Part shown: positions 19,225 to 38,400 of the stretch, piece by piece
Layout of the letters: every line of letters starts with the position of its first letter
How positions within the stretch are numbered: the first letter of the stretch is position 1
Assembly: GCA_964016885.1 (NCBI GenBank)
Contig: OZ024741.1
Location: forward strand, 229,276,001 to 229,340,000
Direction of reading: 5' to 3'
Origin: Eledone cirrhosa
Taxonomy: Eukaryota
Length of the DNA stretch: 64,000 nucleotides
The notes under the pieces: generated by a model
Told to the model about the DNA's origin: nothing
Database searches by the model: none
The model's input: the letters and a program-made list of their open reading frames with translations, nothing else
Position numbers and translations under genes: made by a program

Positions 19225-19560
19225 GACTGATACACATACGCACCAGACTGAAACACATACACACCAGACTGATAAACATACACACAAGACTGATATACAC
19301 ATTCACACCAGACTGATACACATACACACCACACTGATAAACATACACACCAGACTGATAAACATACACACAAGACTGATTGATATACATACACGCCAGA
19401 CTGATACACATACACACCAGACTGATACACATACACACCAGACTGATAAACATACACACAAGACTGATATACACATACACACCAGACTGATACACATACA
19501 CACCAGACTGATACACATACACACCAGACTGATAAACATACACACCAGAGTGATATACAC
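19225..19560. repeat. Indel-rich junction cassette (type 1, A-to-B boundary)
   Basis: 23-mer at 19288, 25-mer GACTGATTGATATACATACACGCCA at 19374, 23-mer at 19462, five TGATAAAC monomers. Confidence 0.85.
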
Positions 19561-19699
19561 ACACACCAGACTGATACATATACACACCAGACTGATATAC
19601 ATACACACCAGACTGATACACATATATACCAGACTGATACAAATACACACCTGATTGATATACATACACACCAGACTGATACACATACACACCAGAATG

Positions 19700-22600
19700 A
19701 TACACATACACACCAGACTGATACACATACACACCAGACTGATACACATGCACACCAGACTGATATACATACACACCAGACTGATACACATACACACCAG
19801 ACTGATATACATACACACCAGACTGATATACACACACACCAGACTGATACACATACACACTAGACTGACATACATACACACCAGACTGATATACATACAC
19901 ACCAGACTGATACACATACACATCGGACTGATACACATACACACCAGACTGACATACATACACACCAGACTGATACACATACACACCAGACTGATACACA
20001 TACTCACCAGACTGACATACATACACACCAGACTGATATACACACACACCAGACTGATACACATACACACCAGACTGATACACATACACACCAGACTGAT
20101 ACACATACACACCAGAGTGATATACATAAACACCAGACTGATACACATACACACCAGACTGATACACATACACACCAGACTGATACACATGCACACCAGA
20201 CTGATATACATACACACCAGACTGATACACATACACACCAGACTGATATACATACACACCAGACTGATATACACACACACCAGACTGATACACATGCACA
20301 CCAGACTGATATACATACACACCAGACTGATACACATACACACCAGACTGATACACATACACACCAGACTGATACACATACACACCAGACTGATACACAT
20401 ACACACCAGACTGATATACATACACACCAGACTGATACACATACACACCAGACTGATATACATACACACCAGACTGATACACATACACACCAGACTGATA
20501 CACATACACACCAGAATGATACACATACACTCCAGACTGATATACATGCACACCAGAGTGATATACATAAACACCAGACTGATACACATACACACCAGAC
20601 TGATACACATACACACCAGACTGATACACATACACACCAGACTGATACACATACACACCAGACTGATACACATACACACCAGACTGATACACATACACAC
20701 CAGACTGATACACATACACACCAGACTGATACACATACTCACCAGACTGATACACATATACACCAGAATGATACACATACACTCCAGACTGATATACATA
20801 CACACCAGACTGATATACATACACACCAGACTGATACACATACACACCAGACTGATACACATACACACCAGACTGATACACATACACACCAGACTGATAC
20901 ACATACACACCAGACTGATACACATACACACCAGACTGATACACATACACACCAGACTGATACACATACACACCAGACTGATACAGATACACACCAGACT
21001 GATATACATATACACCAGACTGATACACATACACACCAGACCGATATACATACACACCATACTGATACACATACACACCAGACTGATACACATACACACC
21101 AGACTGATACACATACACACCAGAATGATACACATACACACCAGACTGATATACATACACACCAGACTGATACACATACACACCAGACTGATACACATAC
21201 ACACCAGACTGATACACATACACACCAGACTGATACACATACACACCAGACTGATATACATACACCCCAGGCTTATATACATACACACCAGACTGATATA
21301 CATACACACCAGACTGATACACATACACACCAGACTGATACACATACACCCCAGGCTTATATACATACACACCAGACTGATATACATACACACCAGACTG
21401 ATACACATACACACCAGACTGATACACATACTCACCAGACTGATACACTTACACACCAGTCTGATACACATACACACCAGAATGATACACATACACACCA
21501 GACTGATACACATACACACCAGACTGATACACATACACACCAGACTGATATACATACACACCAGACTGATATACATACACACCAGACTGATATACATACA
21601 GACCAGACTGATATACATACACACCAGACTGATACACATACACACCAGACTGATACACATACACACCAGACTGATACACATACACACCAGACTGATATAC
21701 ATACACACCAGACTGATACACATACACACCAGACTGATATACATACACACCAGACTGATACACATACTCACCAGAATGATACACTTACACACCAGACTGA
21801 TATACATACACACCAGACTGATACACATACACACCAAACTGATACACATACACACCAGACTGATACACATAAACACCAGACTGATACACATACACACAAG
21901 ACTGATATACATACACACCAGACTGATACACACACACTCCAGACTGATGTACATACACACCAGACTGATACACATACACACCAGACTGATACACATACAC
22001 ACCAGACTGATACACATACACACCAGACTGATACACATACACACCAGACTGATATACATACACACCAGACTGATACACATACACACCAGAATGATACACA
22101 TACACACCAGACTGATATACATACACACCAGACTGATACACATACACACCAGACTGATATACATACACACCAGACTGATACACATACACACCAGACTGAT
22201 ACAAACACACACCAGACTGATACACATACACACCAGACTGATATGCATACACCCCAGACTGATATACATACACACCAGACTGATATACACACACACCAGA
22301 CTGATACAAATACACACCAGACTGATACACATACACACCAGACTGATACACATACACACCAGACTGATATACACACACACCAGACTGATATACAAACACA
22401 CCAGACTGATACACATACACACCAGACTGATACACATACACACCAGACTGATACAAATACACACCAGACTGATACACATACACACCAGACTGATATACAT
22501 ACACACCAGACTGATACACATAAACACCAGACTAATACAGATACAAACCAAACTGATACACATACACACCAGACTGATATACACACACACCAGACTGATA

Positions 22601-25600
22601 CACATACACACCAGACTGATATGCATACACCCCAGACTGATATACATACACACCAGACTGATACACATACACACCAGACTGATACAAATACACACCAGAC
22701 TGATATACATACACACCAGACTGATACAGATACACACCAGACTGATACACATACACACCAGACTGATACACATACACACCAGACTGATACACGTACACAC
22801 CAGACTGATACACATACACACCAGACTGATACACATACACACCAGACTGATATACATACATACCAGACTGATACACATACACACCAGACTGATACACATA
22901 CACAGCAGACTGATATACATACACACCAGACTGATACACATACACACCAGACTGCTATACATACACACCAGACTGATATACAAACACACCAGACTGAAAC
23001 ACATACACACCAGTCTGATACACATACACACCAGACTGATATACATACACACCAGACTGATACACATACACACCAGACTGATACACATACACACCAGACT
23101 GATACACATACACACCAGACTGATACACATGCACACCAGACTGATATACATACACACCAGACTGATACACATACACACCAGACTGATATACATACACACC
23201 AGACTGATATACACACACACCAGACTGATACACATACACACTAGACTGACATACATACACACCAGACTGATATACATACACACCAGACTGATACACATAC
23301 ACATCGGACTGATACACATACACACCAGACTGACATACATACACACCAGACTGATACACATACACACCAGACTGATACACATACTCACCAGACTGACATA
23401 CATACACACCAGACTGATATACACACACACCAGACTGATACACATACACACCAGACTGATACACATACACACCAGACTGATACACATACACACCAGAGTG
23501 ATATACATAAACACCAGACTGATACACATACACACCAGACTGATACACATACACACCAGACTGATACACATGCACACCAGACTGATATACATACACACCA
23601 GACTGATACACATACACACCAGACTGATATACATACACACCAGACTGATATACACACACACCAGACTGATACACATGCACACCAGACTGATATACATACA
23701 CACCAGACTGATACACATACACACCAGACTGATACACATACACACCAGACTGATACACATACACACCAGACTGATACACATACACACCAGACTGATATAC
23801 ATACACACCAGACTGATACACATACACACCAGACTGATATACATACACACCAGACTGATACACATACACACCAGACTGATACACATACACACCAGAATGA
23901 TACACATACACTCCAGACTGATATACATGCACACCAGAGTGATATACATAAACACCAGACTGATACACATACACACCAGACTGATACACATACACACCAG
24001 ACTGATACACATACACACCAGACTGATACACATACACACCAGACTGATACACATACACACCAGACTGATACATATACACACCAGACTGATACACATACAC
24101 ACCAGACTGATACACATACTCACCAGACTGATACACATATACACCAGAATGATACACATACACTCCAGACTGATATACATACACACCAGACTGATATACA
24201 TACACACCAGACTGATACACATACACACCAGACTGATACACATACACACCAGACTGATACACATACACACCAGACTGATACACATACACACCAGACTGAT
24301 ACACATACACACCAGACTGATACACATACACACCAGACTGATACAGATACACACCAGACTGATATACATATACACCAGACTGATACACATACACACCAGA
24401 CCGATATACATACACACCATACTGATACACATACACACCAGACTGATACACATACACACCAGACTGATACACATACACACCAGAATGATACACATACACA
24501 CCAGACTGATATACATACACACCAGACTGATACACATACACACCAGACTGATACACATACACACCAGACTGATACACATACACACCAGACTGATACACAT
24601 ACACACCAGACTGATATACATACACCCCAGGCTTATATACATACACACCAGACTGATATACATACACACCAGACTGATACACATACACACCAGACTGATA
24701 CACATACACCCCAGGCTTATATACATACACACCAGACTGATATACATACACACCAGACTGATACACATACACACCAGACTGATACACATACTCACCAGAC
24801 TGATACACTTACACACCAGTCTGATACACATACACACCAGAATGATACACATACACACCAGACTGATACACATACACACCAGACTGATACACATACACAC
24901 CAGACTGATATACATACACACCAGACTGATATACATACACACCAGACTGATATACATACAGACCAGACTGATATACATACACACCAGACTGATACACATA
25001 CACACCAGACTGATACACATACACACCAGACTGATACACATACACACCAGACTGATATACATACACACCAGACTGATACACATACACACCAGACTGATAT
25101 ACATACACACCAGACTGATACACATACTCACCAGAATGATACACTTACACACCAGACTGATATACATACACACCAGACTGATACACATACACACCAAACT
25201 GATACACATACACACCAGACTGATACACATAAACACCAGACTGATACACATACACACAAGACTGATATACATACACACCAGACTGATACACACACACTCC
25301 AGACTGATGTACATACACACCAGACTGATACACATACACACCAGACTGATACACATACACACCAGACTGATACACATACACACCAGACTGATACACATAC
25401 ACACCAGACTGATATACATACACACCAGACTGATACACATACACACCAGAATGATACACATACACACCAGACTGATATACATACACACCAGACTGATACA
25501 CATACACACCAGACTGATATACATACACACCAGACTGATACACATACACACCAGACTGATACAAACACACACCAGACTGATACACATACACACCAGACTG

Positions 25601-26460
25601 ATATGCATACACCCCAGACTGATATACATACACACCAGACTGATATACACACACACCAGACTGATACAAATACACACCAGACTGATACACATACACACCA
25701 GACTGATACACATACACACCAGACTGATATACACACACACCAGACTGATATACAAACACACCAGACTGATACACATACACACCAGACTGATACACATACA
25801 CACCAGACTGATACAAATACACACCAGACTGATACACATACACACCAGACTGATATACATACACACCAGACTGATACACATAAACACCAGACTAATACAG
25901 ATACAAACCAAACTGATACACATACACACCAGACTGATATACACACACACCAGACTGATACACATACACACCAGACTGATATGCATACACCCCAGACTGA
26001 TATACATACACACCAGACTGATACACATACACACCAGACTGATACAAATACACACCAGACTGATATACATACACACCAGACTGATACAGATACACACCAG
26101 ACTGATACACATACACACCAGACTGATACACATACACACCAGACTGATACACGTACACACCAGACTGATACACATACACACCAGACTGATACACATACAC
26201 ACCAGACTGATATACATACATACCAGACTGATACACATACACACCAGACTGATACACATACACAGCAGACTGATATACATACACACCAGACTGATACACA
26301 TACACACCAGACTGCTATACATACACACCAGACTGATATACAAACACACCAGACTGAAACACATACACACCAGTCTGATACACATACACACCAGACTGAT
26401 ATACATACACACCAGACTGATACACATACACACCAGACTGATACACATACACACCAGACT
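19700..26460. repeat. ~3.36-3.38 kb (160-161 monomer) tandem duplication
   Basis: Offsets 3381 (20004/23385) then 3360 (21449/24809, 21785/25145, 22530/25890); one consensus monomer is gained or lost internally. Confidence 0.9.
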
Positions 26461-26499
26461 GATACACATACACACCAGACTGATATACATACACACCAG

Positions 26500-29400
26500 A
26501 CTGATATACATACACACCAGACTGATACACATACACACCAGACTGATACATATACACACCAGACTGATACACAAACACACCAGACTGATATACATACACA
26601 CCAGACTGATATACATACACACCAGACTGATATACATACACACCAGACTGATATACATACACACCTGACTGATACACATACACACCAGACTGATACACAT
26701 ACACACCAGACTGATATACATACACACCAGACTGATATACATACACACCAGACTGATACACATACACACCAGACTGATACATATACACACCAGACTGATA
26801 CACATACACACCAGACTGATATACATACACACCAGACTGATATACATACACACCAGACTGATATACATACACACCAGACTGATACACATACACACCAGAC
26901 TGATACATATACACACCAGACTGATACACATACACACCAGACTGATATACATACACACCAGACTGATACACATACACACCAGACTGATACACATACACAC
27001 CAGACTGATACACATACACACCAGACTGATATACATACACACCAGACTGATATACATACACACCAGACTGATACACATACACACCAGACTGATACATATA
27101 CACACCAGACCGATACACATACACACCAGACTGATATACATACACACCAGACTGATACACATACACACCAGACTGATACATATACACACCAGACTGATAC
27201 ACATACACACCAGACTGATATACATACACATCAGACTGATATACATACACACCAGACTGATACACATACACACCAGACTGATACACATACACACCAGACT
27301 GATACAGATACACACCAGACTGATATACATATACACCAGACTGATACACATACACACCAGACTGATATACATACACACCAGACTGATATACATACACACC
27401 AGACTGATACACATACACACCAGACTGATACACATACACACCAGACTGATACAAATACACACTAGACTGATACACATACACACCACACTGATATACATAC
27501 ACACCAGACTGATACACATACACACCAGACTGATACACATACACACCAGACTGATACACATACACACCAGACTGATATACATACACACCAGACTGATACA
27601 CATACACACCAGACTGATACACATACACACCAGAATGATACACATACACTCCAGACTGATACACATACACACCAGACTGATACACATACACACCAGACTG
27701 ATACACATACACACCAGACTGATATACATACACACCAGACTGATACACATACACACCAGACTGATACACATATACACCAGACTGATACACATACACACCA
27801 GACTGATATACATACACACTAGACTGATATGCATAAACACCAGACTGATACAAACACACACCAGACTGATACACATACACACCAGACTGATATGCATACA
27901 CCCCAGACTGATACAAATACACACCAGACTTATACACATACACACCAGACTGATATACATACACACCAGACTGATACACATACACACCAGACTGATACAC
28001 ATACACACCAGACTGATACACATACACACCAGACTGATACACACACACACCAGACTGATACACATACACACCAGACTGATACACACACACACCAGACTGA
28101 TACACATACACATCAGACTGATATACATACACACCAAACTGATACACATACACACCAGACTGATACACATACACACCAGACTGATACACATACACACCAG
28201 ACTGATACACATACACACCAGACTGATACACATACACACCAGACTGATACACATACACACCAGACTGATACAGATACACACCAGACTGATATACATATAC
28301 ACCAGACTGATACACATACACACCAGACCGATATACATACACACCATACTGATACACATACACACCAGACTGATACACATACACACCAGACTGATACACA
28401 TACACACCAGAATGATACACATACACACCAGACTGATACATATACACACCAGACTGATACACAAACACACCAGACTGATATACATACACACCAGACTGAT
28501 ATACATACACACCAGACTGATATACATACACACCAGACTGATACACATACACACCAGACTGATACATATACACACCAGACTGATACACAAACACACCAGA
28601 CTGATATACATACACACCAGACTGATATACATACACACCAGACTGATATACATACACACCAGACTGATATACATACACACCTGACTGATACACATACACA
28701 CCAGACTGATACACATACACACCAGACTGATATACATACACACCAGACTGATATACATACACACCAGACTGATACACATACACACCAGACTGATACATAT
28801 ACACACCAGACTGATACACATACACACCAGACTGATATACATACACACCAGACTGATATACATACACACCAGACTGATATACATACACACCAGACTGATA
28901 CACATACACACCAGACTGATACATATACACACCAGACTGATACACATACACACCAGACTGATACACATACACACCAGACTGATACACATACACACCAGAC
29001 TGATACACATACACACCAGACTGATACACATACACACCAGACTGATATACATACACACCAGACTGATATACATACACACCAGACTGATACACATACACAC
29101 CAGACTGATACATATACACACCAGACCGATACACATACACACCAGACTGATATACATACACACCAGACTGATACACATACACACCAGACTGATACATATA
29201 CACACCAGACTGATACACATACACACCAGACTGATATACATACACATCAGACTGATATACATACACACCAGACTGATACACATACACACCAGACTGATAC
29301 ACATACACACCAGACTGATACAGATACACACCAGACTGATATACATATACACCAGACTGATACACATACACACCAGACTGATATACATACACACCAGACT

Positions 29401-31700
29401 GATATACATACACACCAGACTGATACACATACACACCAGACTGATACACATACACACCAGACTGATACAAATACACACTAGACTGATACACATACACACC
29501 ACACTGATATACATACACACCAGACTGATACACATACACACCAGACTGATACACATACACACCAGACTGATACACATACACACCAGACTGATATACATAC
29601 ACACCAGACTGATACACATACACACCAGACTGATACACATACACACCAGAATGATACACATACACTCCAGACTGATACACATACACACCAGACTGATACA
29701 CATACACACCAGACTGATACACATACACACCAGACTGATATACATACACACCAGACTGATACACATACACACCAGACTGATACACATATACACCAGACTG
29801 ATACACATACACACCAGACTGATATACATACACACTAGACTGATATGCATAAACACCAGACTGATACAAACACACACCAGACTGATACACATACACACCA
29901 GACTGATATGCATACACCCCAGACTGATACAAATACACACCAGACTTATACACATACACACCAGACTGATATACATACACACCAGACTGATACACATACA
30001 CACCAGACTGATACACATACACACCAGACTGATACACATACACATCAGACTGATACACACACACACCAGACTGATACACATACACACCAGACTGATACAC
30101 ACACACACCAGACTGATACACATACACATCAGACTGATATACATACACACCAAACTGATACACATACACACCAGACTGATACACATACACACCAGACTGA
30201 TACACATACACACCAGACTGATACACATACACACCAGACTGATACACATACACACCAGACTGATACACATACACACCAGACTGATACACATACACACCAG
30301 ACTGATACAGATACACACCAGACTGATATACATATACACCAGACTGATACACATACACACCAGACCGATATACATACACACCAGACTGATACACATACAC
30401 ACCAGACTGATACATATACACACCAGACCGATACACATACACACCAGACTGATATACATACACACCAGACTGATACACATACACACCAGACTGATACATA
30501 TACACACCAGACTGATACACATACACACCAGACTGATATACATACACATCAGACTGATATACATACACACCAGACTGATACACATACACACCAGACTGAT
30601 ACACATACACACCAGACTGATACAGATACACACCAGACTGATATACATATACACCAGACTGATACACATACACACCAGACTGATATACATACACACCAGA
30701 CTGATATACATACACACCAGACTGATACACATACACACCAGACTGATACACATACACACCAGACTGATACAAATACACACTAGACTGATACACATACACA
30801 CCACACTGATATACATACACACCAGACTGATACACATACACACCAGACTGATACACATACACACCAGACTGATACACATACACACCAGACTGATATACAT
30901 ACACACCAGACTGATACACATACACACCAGACTGATACACATACACACCAGAATGATACACATACACTCCAGACTGATACACATACACACCAGACTGATA
31001 CACATACACACCAGACTGATACACATACACACCAGACTGATATACATACACACCAGACTGATACACATACACACCAGACTGATACACATATACACCAGAC
31101 TGATACACATACACACCAGACTGATATACATACACACTAGACTGATATGCATAAACACCAGACTGATACAAACACACACCAGACTGATACACATACACAC
31201 CAGACTGATATGCATACACCCCAGACTGATACAAATACACACCAGACTTATACACATACACACCAGACTGATATACATACACACCAGACTGATACACATA
31301 CACACCAGACTGATACACATACACACCAGACTGATACACATACACATCAGACTGATACACACACACACCAGACTGATACACATACACACCAGACTGATAC
31401 ACACACACACCAGACTGATACACATACACATCAGACTGATATACATACACACCAAACTGATACACATACACACCAGACTGATACACATACACACCAGACT
31501 GATACACATACACACCAGACTGATACACATACACACCAGACTGATACACATACACACCAGACTGATACACATACACACCAGACTGATACACATACACACC
31601 AGACTGATACAGATACACACCAGACTGATATACATATACACCAGACTGATACACATACACACCAGACCGATATACATACACACCATACTGATACACATAC
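26500..31700. repeat. Overlapping 2016-bp (96-mer) and 1302-bp (62-mer) tandem duplications
   Basis: Offsets 2016 (26668/28684, 27465/29481, 27829/29845) and 1302 (29481/30783, 29845/31147). Confidence 0.85.
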
Positions 31701-34700
31701 ACACCAGACTGATACACATACACACCAGACTGATACACATACACACCAGAATGATACACATACACACCAGACTGATATACATACACACCAGACTGATACA
31801 CATACACACCAGACTGATACACATACACACCAGACTGATACACATACACACCAGACTGATACACATACACACCAGACTGATATACATACACCCCAGGCTT
31901 ATATACATACACACCAGACTGATATACATACACACCAGACTGATACACATACACACCAGACTGATACACATACACCCCAGGCTTATATACATACACACCA
32001 GACTGATATACATACACACCAGACTGATACACATACACACCAGACTGATACACATACACACCAGACTGATACACATACACACCAGACTGATACACATACA
32101 CACCAGACTGATACACATACACACCAGACTGATATACATACACACCAGACTGATACACATACACACCAGACTGATACACATACACACCAGACTGATACAC
32201 ATACACACCAGACTGATACACATACACACCAGACTGATATACATACACACCAGACTGATATACATACACACCAGACTGATATACATACAGACCAGACTGA
32301 TATACATACACACCAGACTGATACACATACACACCAGACTGATACACATACACACCAGACTGATACACATACACACCAGACTGATATACATACACACCAG
32401 ACTGATACACATACACACCAGACTGATACACATACACACCAGACTGATACACATACTCACCAGACTGATACACTTACACACCAGACTGATACACATACAC
32501 ACCAGACTGATACACATACACACCAAACTGATACACATACACACCAGACTGATACACATAAACACCAGACTGATACACATACACACAAGACTGATATACA
32601 TACACACCAGACTGATACACACACACTCCAGACTGATGTACATACACACCAGACTGATACACATACACACCAGACTGATACACATACACACCAGACTGAT
32701 ACACATACACACCAGACTGATACACATACACACCAGACTGATATACATACACACCAGACTGATACACATACACACCAGAATGATACACATACACACCAGA
32801 CTGATATACATACACACCAGACTGATACACATACACACCAGACTGATATACATACACACCAGACTGATACACATACACACCAGACTGATACAAACACACA
32901 CCAGACTGATACACATACACACCAGACTGATATGCATACACCCCAGACTGATATACATACACACCAGACTGATATACACACACACCAGACTGATACAAAT
33001 ACACACCAGACTGATACACATACACACCAGACTGATACACATACACACCAGACTGATATACACACACACCAGACTGATATACAAACACACCAGACTGATA
33101 CACATACACACCAGACTGATACACATACACACCAGACTGATACAAATACACACCAGACTGATACACATACACACCAGACTGATATACATACACACCAGAC
33201 TGATACACATAAACACCAGACTAATACAGATACAAACCAAACTGATACACATACACACCAGACTGATATACACACACACCAGACTGATACACATACACAC
33301 CAGACTGATATGCATACACCCCAGACTGATATACATACACACCAGACTGATACACATACACACCAGACTGATACAAATACACACCAGACTGATATACATA
33401 CACACCAGACTGATACAGATACACACCAGACTGATACACATACACACCAGACTGATACACATACACACCAGACTGATACACGTACACACCAGACTGATAT
33501 ACATACATACCAGACTGATACACATACACACCAGACTGATACACATACACAGCAGACTGATATACATACACACCAGACTGATACACATACACACCAGACT
33601 GATATACAAACACACCAGACTGAAACACATACACACCAGTCTGATACACATACACACCAGACTGATATACATACACACCAGACTGATACACATACACACC
33701 AGACTGATACATATACACACCAGACTGATACACATACACACCAGACTGATATACATACACACCAGACTGATATACATACACACCAGACTGATACACATAC
33801 ACACCAGACTGATACATATACACACCAGACTGATACACAAACACACCAGACTGATATACATACACACCAGACTGATATACATACACACCAGACTGATATA
33901 CATACACACCAGACTGATATACATACACACCTGACTGATACACATACACACCAGACTGATACACATACACACCAGACTGATATACATACACACCAGACTG
34001 ATATACATACACACCAGACTGATACACATACACACCAGACTGATACATATACACACCAGACTGATACACATACACACCAGACTGATATACATACACACCA
34101 GACTGATATACATACACACAGACTGATATACATACACACCAGACTGATACACATACACACCAGACTGATACATATACACACCAGACTGATACACATACAC
34201 ACCAGACTGATATACATACACACCAGACTGATACACATACACACCAGACTGATACACATACACACAAGACTGATACACATACACACCAGACTGATATACA
34301 TACACACCAGACTGATATACATACACACCAGACTGATACACATACACACCAGACTGATACATATACACACCAGACCGATACACATACACACCAGACTGAT
34401 ATACATACACACCAGACTGATACATATACACACCAGACTGATACACATACACACCAGACTGATATACATACACATCAGACTGATATACATACACACCAGA
34501 CTGATACACATACACACCAGACTGATACACATACACACCAGACTGATACAGATACACACCAGACTGATATACATATACACCAGACTGATACACATACACA
34601 CCAGACTGATATACATACACACCAGACTGATATACATACACACCAGACTGATACACATACACACCAGACTGATACACATACACACCAGACTGATACAAAT

Positions 34701-35275
34701 ACACACTAGACTGATACACATACACACCACACTGATATACATACACACCAGACTGATATACATACACACCAGACTGATACACATACACACCAGACTGATA
34801 CACATACACACCAGACTGATATACATACACACCAGACTGATACACATACACACCAGACTGATACACATACACACCAGAATGATACACATACACTCCAGAC
34901 TGATACACATACACACCAGACTGATACACATACACACCAGACTGATACACATACACACCAGACTGATATACATACACACCAGACTGATACACATACACAC
35001 CAGACTGATACACATATACACCAGACTGATACACATACACACCAGACTGATATACATACACACTAGACTGATATGCATAAACACCAGACTGATACAAACA
35101 CACACCAGACTGATACACATACACACCAGACTGATATGCATACACCCCAGACTGATACAAATACACACCAGACTGATATACATACACACCAGACTGATAC
35201 ACATACACACCAGACTGATACACATACACACCAGAATGATACACATACACACCAGACTGATATACATACACACCA

Positions 35276-35620
35276 GACTGATACACATACGCACCAGACT
35301 GATACACATACACACCAGACTGATAAACATACACACAAGACTGATATACACATACACACCAGACTGATACACATACACACCACACTGATAAACATACACA
35401 CCAGACTGATAAACATACACACAAGACTGATTGATATACATACACGCCAGACTGATACACATACACACCAGACTGATACACATACACACCAGACTGATAA
35501 ACATACACACAAGACTGATATACACATACACACCAGACTGATACACATACACACCAGACTGATACACATACACACCAGACTGATAAACATACACACCAGA
35601 CTGGTATACACACACACCAG
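35276..35620. repeat. Indel-rich junction cassette (type 2)
   Basis: 23-mer at 35339, 25-mer at 35425, 23-mer at 35513. Confidence 0.85.
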
Positions 35621-38055
35621 ACTGTTACATATACACACCAGACTGATATGCATACACACCAGACTGATACACATATACACCAGACTGATACACATACACA
35701 CCAGACTGATATACATACACACCAGACTGATATACATACACACCAGACTGATATACATACACACCAGACTGATACACATACACACCAGACTGATACATAT
35801 ACACACCAGACTGATACACATACACACCAGACTGATATACATACACACCAGACTGATACACATACACACCAGACTGATACACATACACACCAGACTGATA
35901 CACATACACACCAGACTGATATACATACACACCAGACTGATATACATACACACCAGACTGATACACATACACACCAGACTGATACATATACACACCAGAC
36001 CGATACACATACACACCAGACTGATATACATACACACCAGACTGATACACATACACACCAGACTGATACATATACACACCAGACTGATACACATACACAC
36101 CAGACTGATATACATACACATCAGACTGATATACATACACACCAGACTGATACACATACACACCAGACTGATACACATACACACCAGACTGATACAGATA
36201 CACACCAGACTGATATACATATACACCAGACTGATACACATACACACCAGACTGATATACATACACACCAGACTGATATACATACACACCAGACTGATAC
36301 ACATACACACCAGACTGATACACATACACACCAGACTGATACAAATACACACTAGACTGATACACATACACACCACACTGATATACATACACACCAGACT
36401 GATACACATACACACCAGACTGTTACACATACACACCAGACTGATACACATACACACCAGACTGATATACATACACACCAGACTGATACACATACACACC
36501 AGACTGATACACATACACACCAGAATGATACACATACACTCCAGACTGATACACATACACACCAGACTGATACACATACACACCAGACTGATACACATAC
36601 ACACCAGACTGATATACATACACACCAGACTGATACACATACACACCAGACTGATACACATATACACCAGACTGATACACATACACACCAGACTGATATA
36701 CATACACACTAGACTGATATGCATAAACACCAGACTGATACAAACACACACCAGACTGATACACATACACACCAGACTGATATGCATACACCCCAGACTG
36801 ATACAAATACACACCAGACTTATACACATACACACCAGACTGATATACATACACACCAGACTGATACACATACACACCAGACTGATACACATACACACCA
36901 GACTGATACACATACACACCAGACTGATACACACACACACCAGACTGATACACATACACACCAGACTGATACACACACACACCAGACTGATACACATACA
37001 CATCAGACTGATATACATACACACCAAACTGATACACATACACACCAGACTGATACACATACACACCAGACTGATACACATACACACCAGACTGATACAC
37101 ATACACACCAGACTGATACACATACACACCAGACTGATACACATACACACCAGACTGATACACATACACACCAGACTGATACAGATACACACCAGACTGA
37201 TATACATATACACCAGACTGATACACATACACACCAGACCGATATACATACACACCATACTGATACACATACACACCAGACTGATACACATACACACCAG
37301 ACTGATACACATACACACCAGAATGATACACATACACACCAGACTGATATACATACACACCAGACTGATACACATACACACCAGACTGATACACATACAC
37401 ACCAGACTGATACACATACACACCAGACTGATACACATACACACCAGACTGATATACATACACCCCAGGCTTATATACATACACACCAGACTGATATACA
37501 TACACACCAGACTGATACACATACACACCAGACTGATACACATACACCCCAGGCTTATATACATACACACCAGACTGATATACATACACACCAGACTGAT
37601 ACACATACACACCAGACTGATACACATACTCACCAGACTGATACACTTACACACCAGTCTGATACACATACACACCAGAATGATACACATACACACCAGA
37701 CTGATACACATACACACCAGACTGATACACATACACACCAGACTGATATACATACACACCAGACTGATACACATACACACCAGACTGATACACATATACA
37801 CCAGACTGATACACATACACACCAGACTGATATACATACACACTAGACTGATATGCATAAACACCAGACTGATACAAACACACACCAGACTGATACACAT
37901 ACACACCAGACTGATATGCATACACCCCAGACTGATACAAATACACACCAGACTGATATACATACACACCAGACTGATACACATACACACCAGACTGATA
38001 CACATACACACCAGAATGATACACATACACACCAGACTGATATACATACACACCA

Positions 38056-38400
38056 GACTGATACACATACGCACCAGACTGATACACATACACACCAGAC
38101 TGATAAACATACACACAAGACTGATATACACATACACACCAGACTGATACACATACACACCACACTGATAAACATACACACCAGACTGATAAACATACAC
38201 ACAAGACTGATTGATATACATACACGCCAGACTGATACACATACACACCAGACTGATACACATACACACCAGACTGATAAACATACACACAAGACTGATA
38301 TACACATACACACCAGACTGATACACATACACACCAGACTGATACACATACACACCAGACTGATAAACATACACACCAGACTGGTATACACACACACCAG
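38056..38400. repeat. Indel-rich junction cassette (type 2)
   Basis: 23-mer at 38119, 25-mer at 38205, 23-mer at 38293. Confidence 0.85.

Noticed and set aside
19303-35613. 5436-aa minus-strand ORF (CISLVCM repeats) and the other giant Cys/Val-rich ORFs, e.g. 43457-56713 and 415-8979
   Set aside because: These are a by-product of a stop-free 21-bp unit. Overlapping ORFs occur in five frames at once, they switch peptide type at indels, the commonest variant is non-synonymous in this frame, and there is no unique domain.
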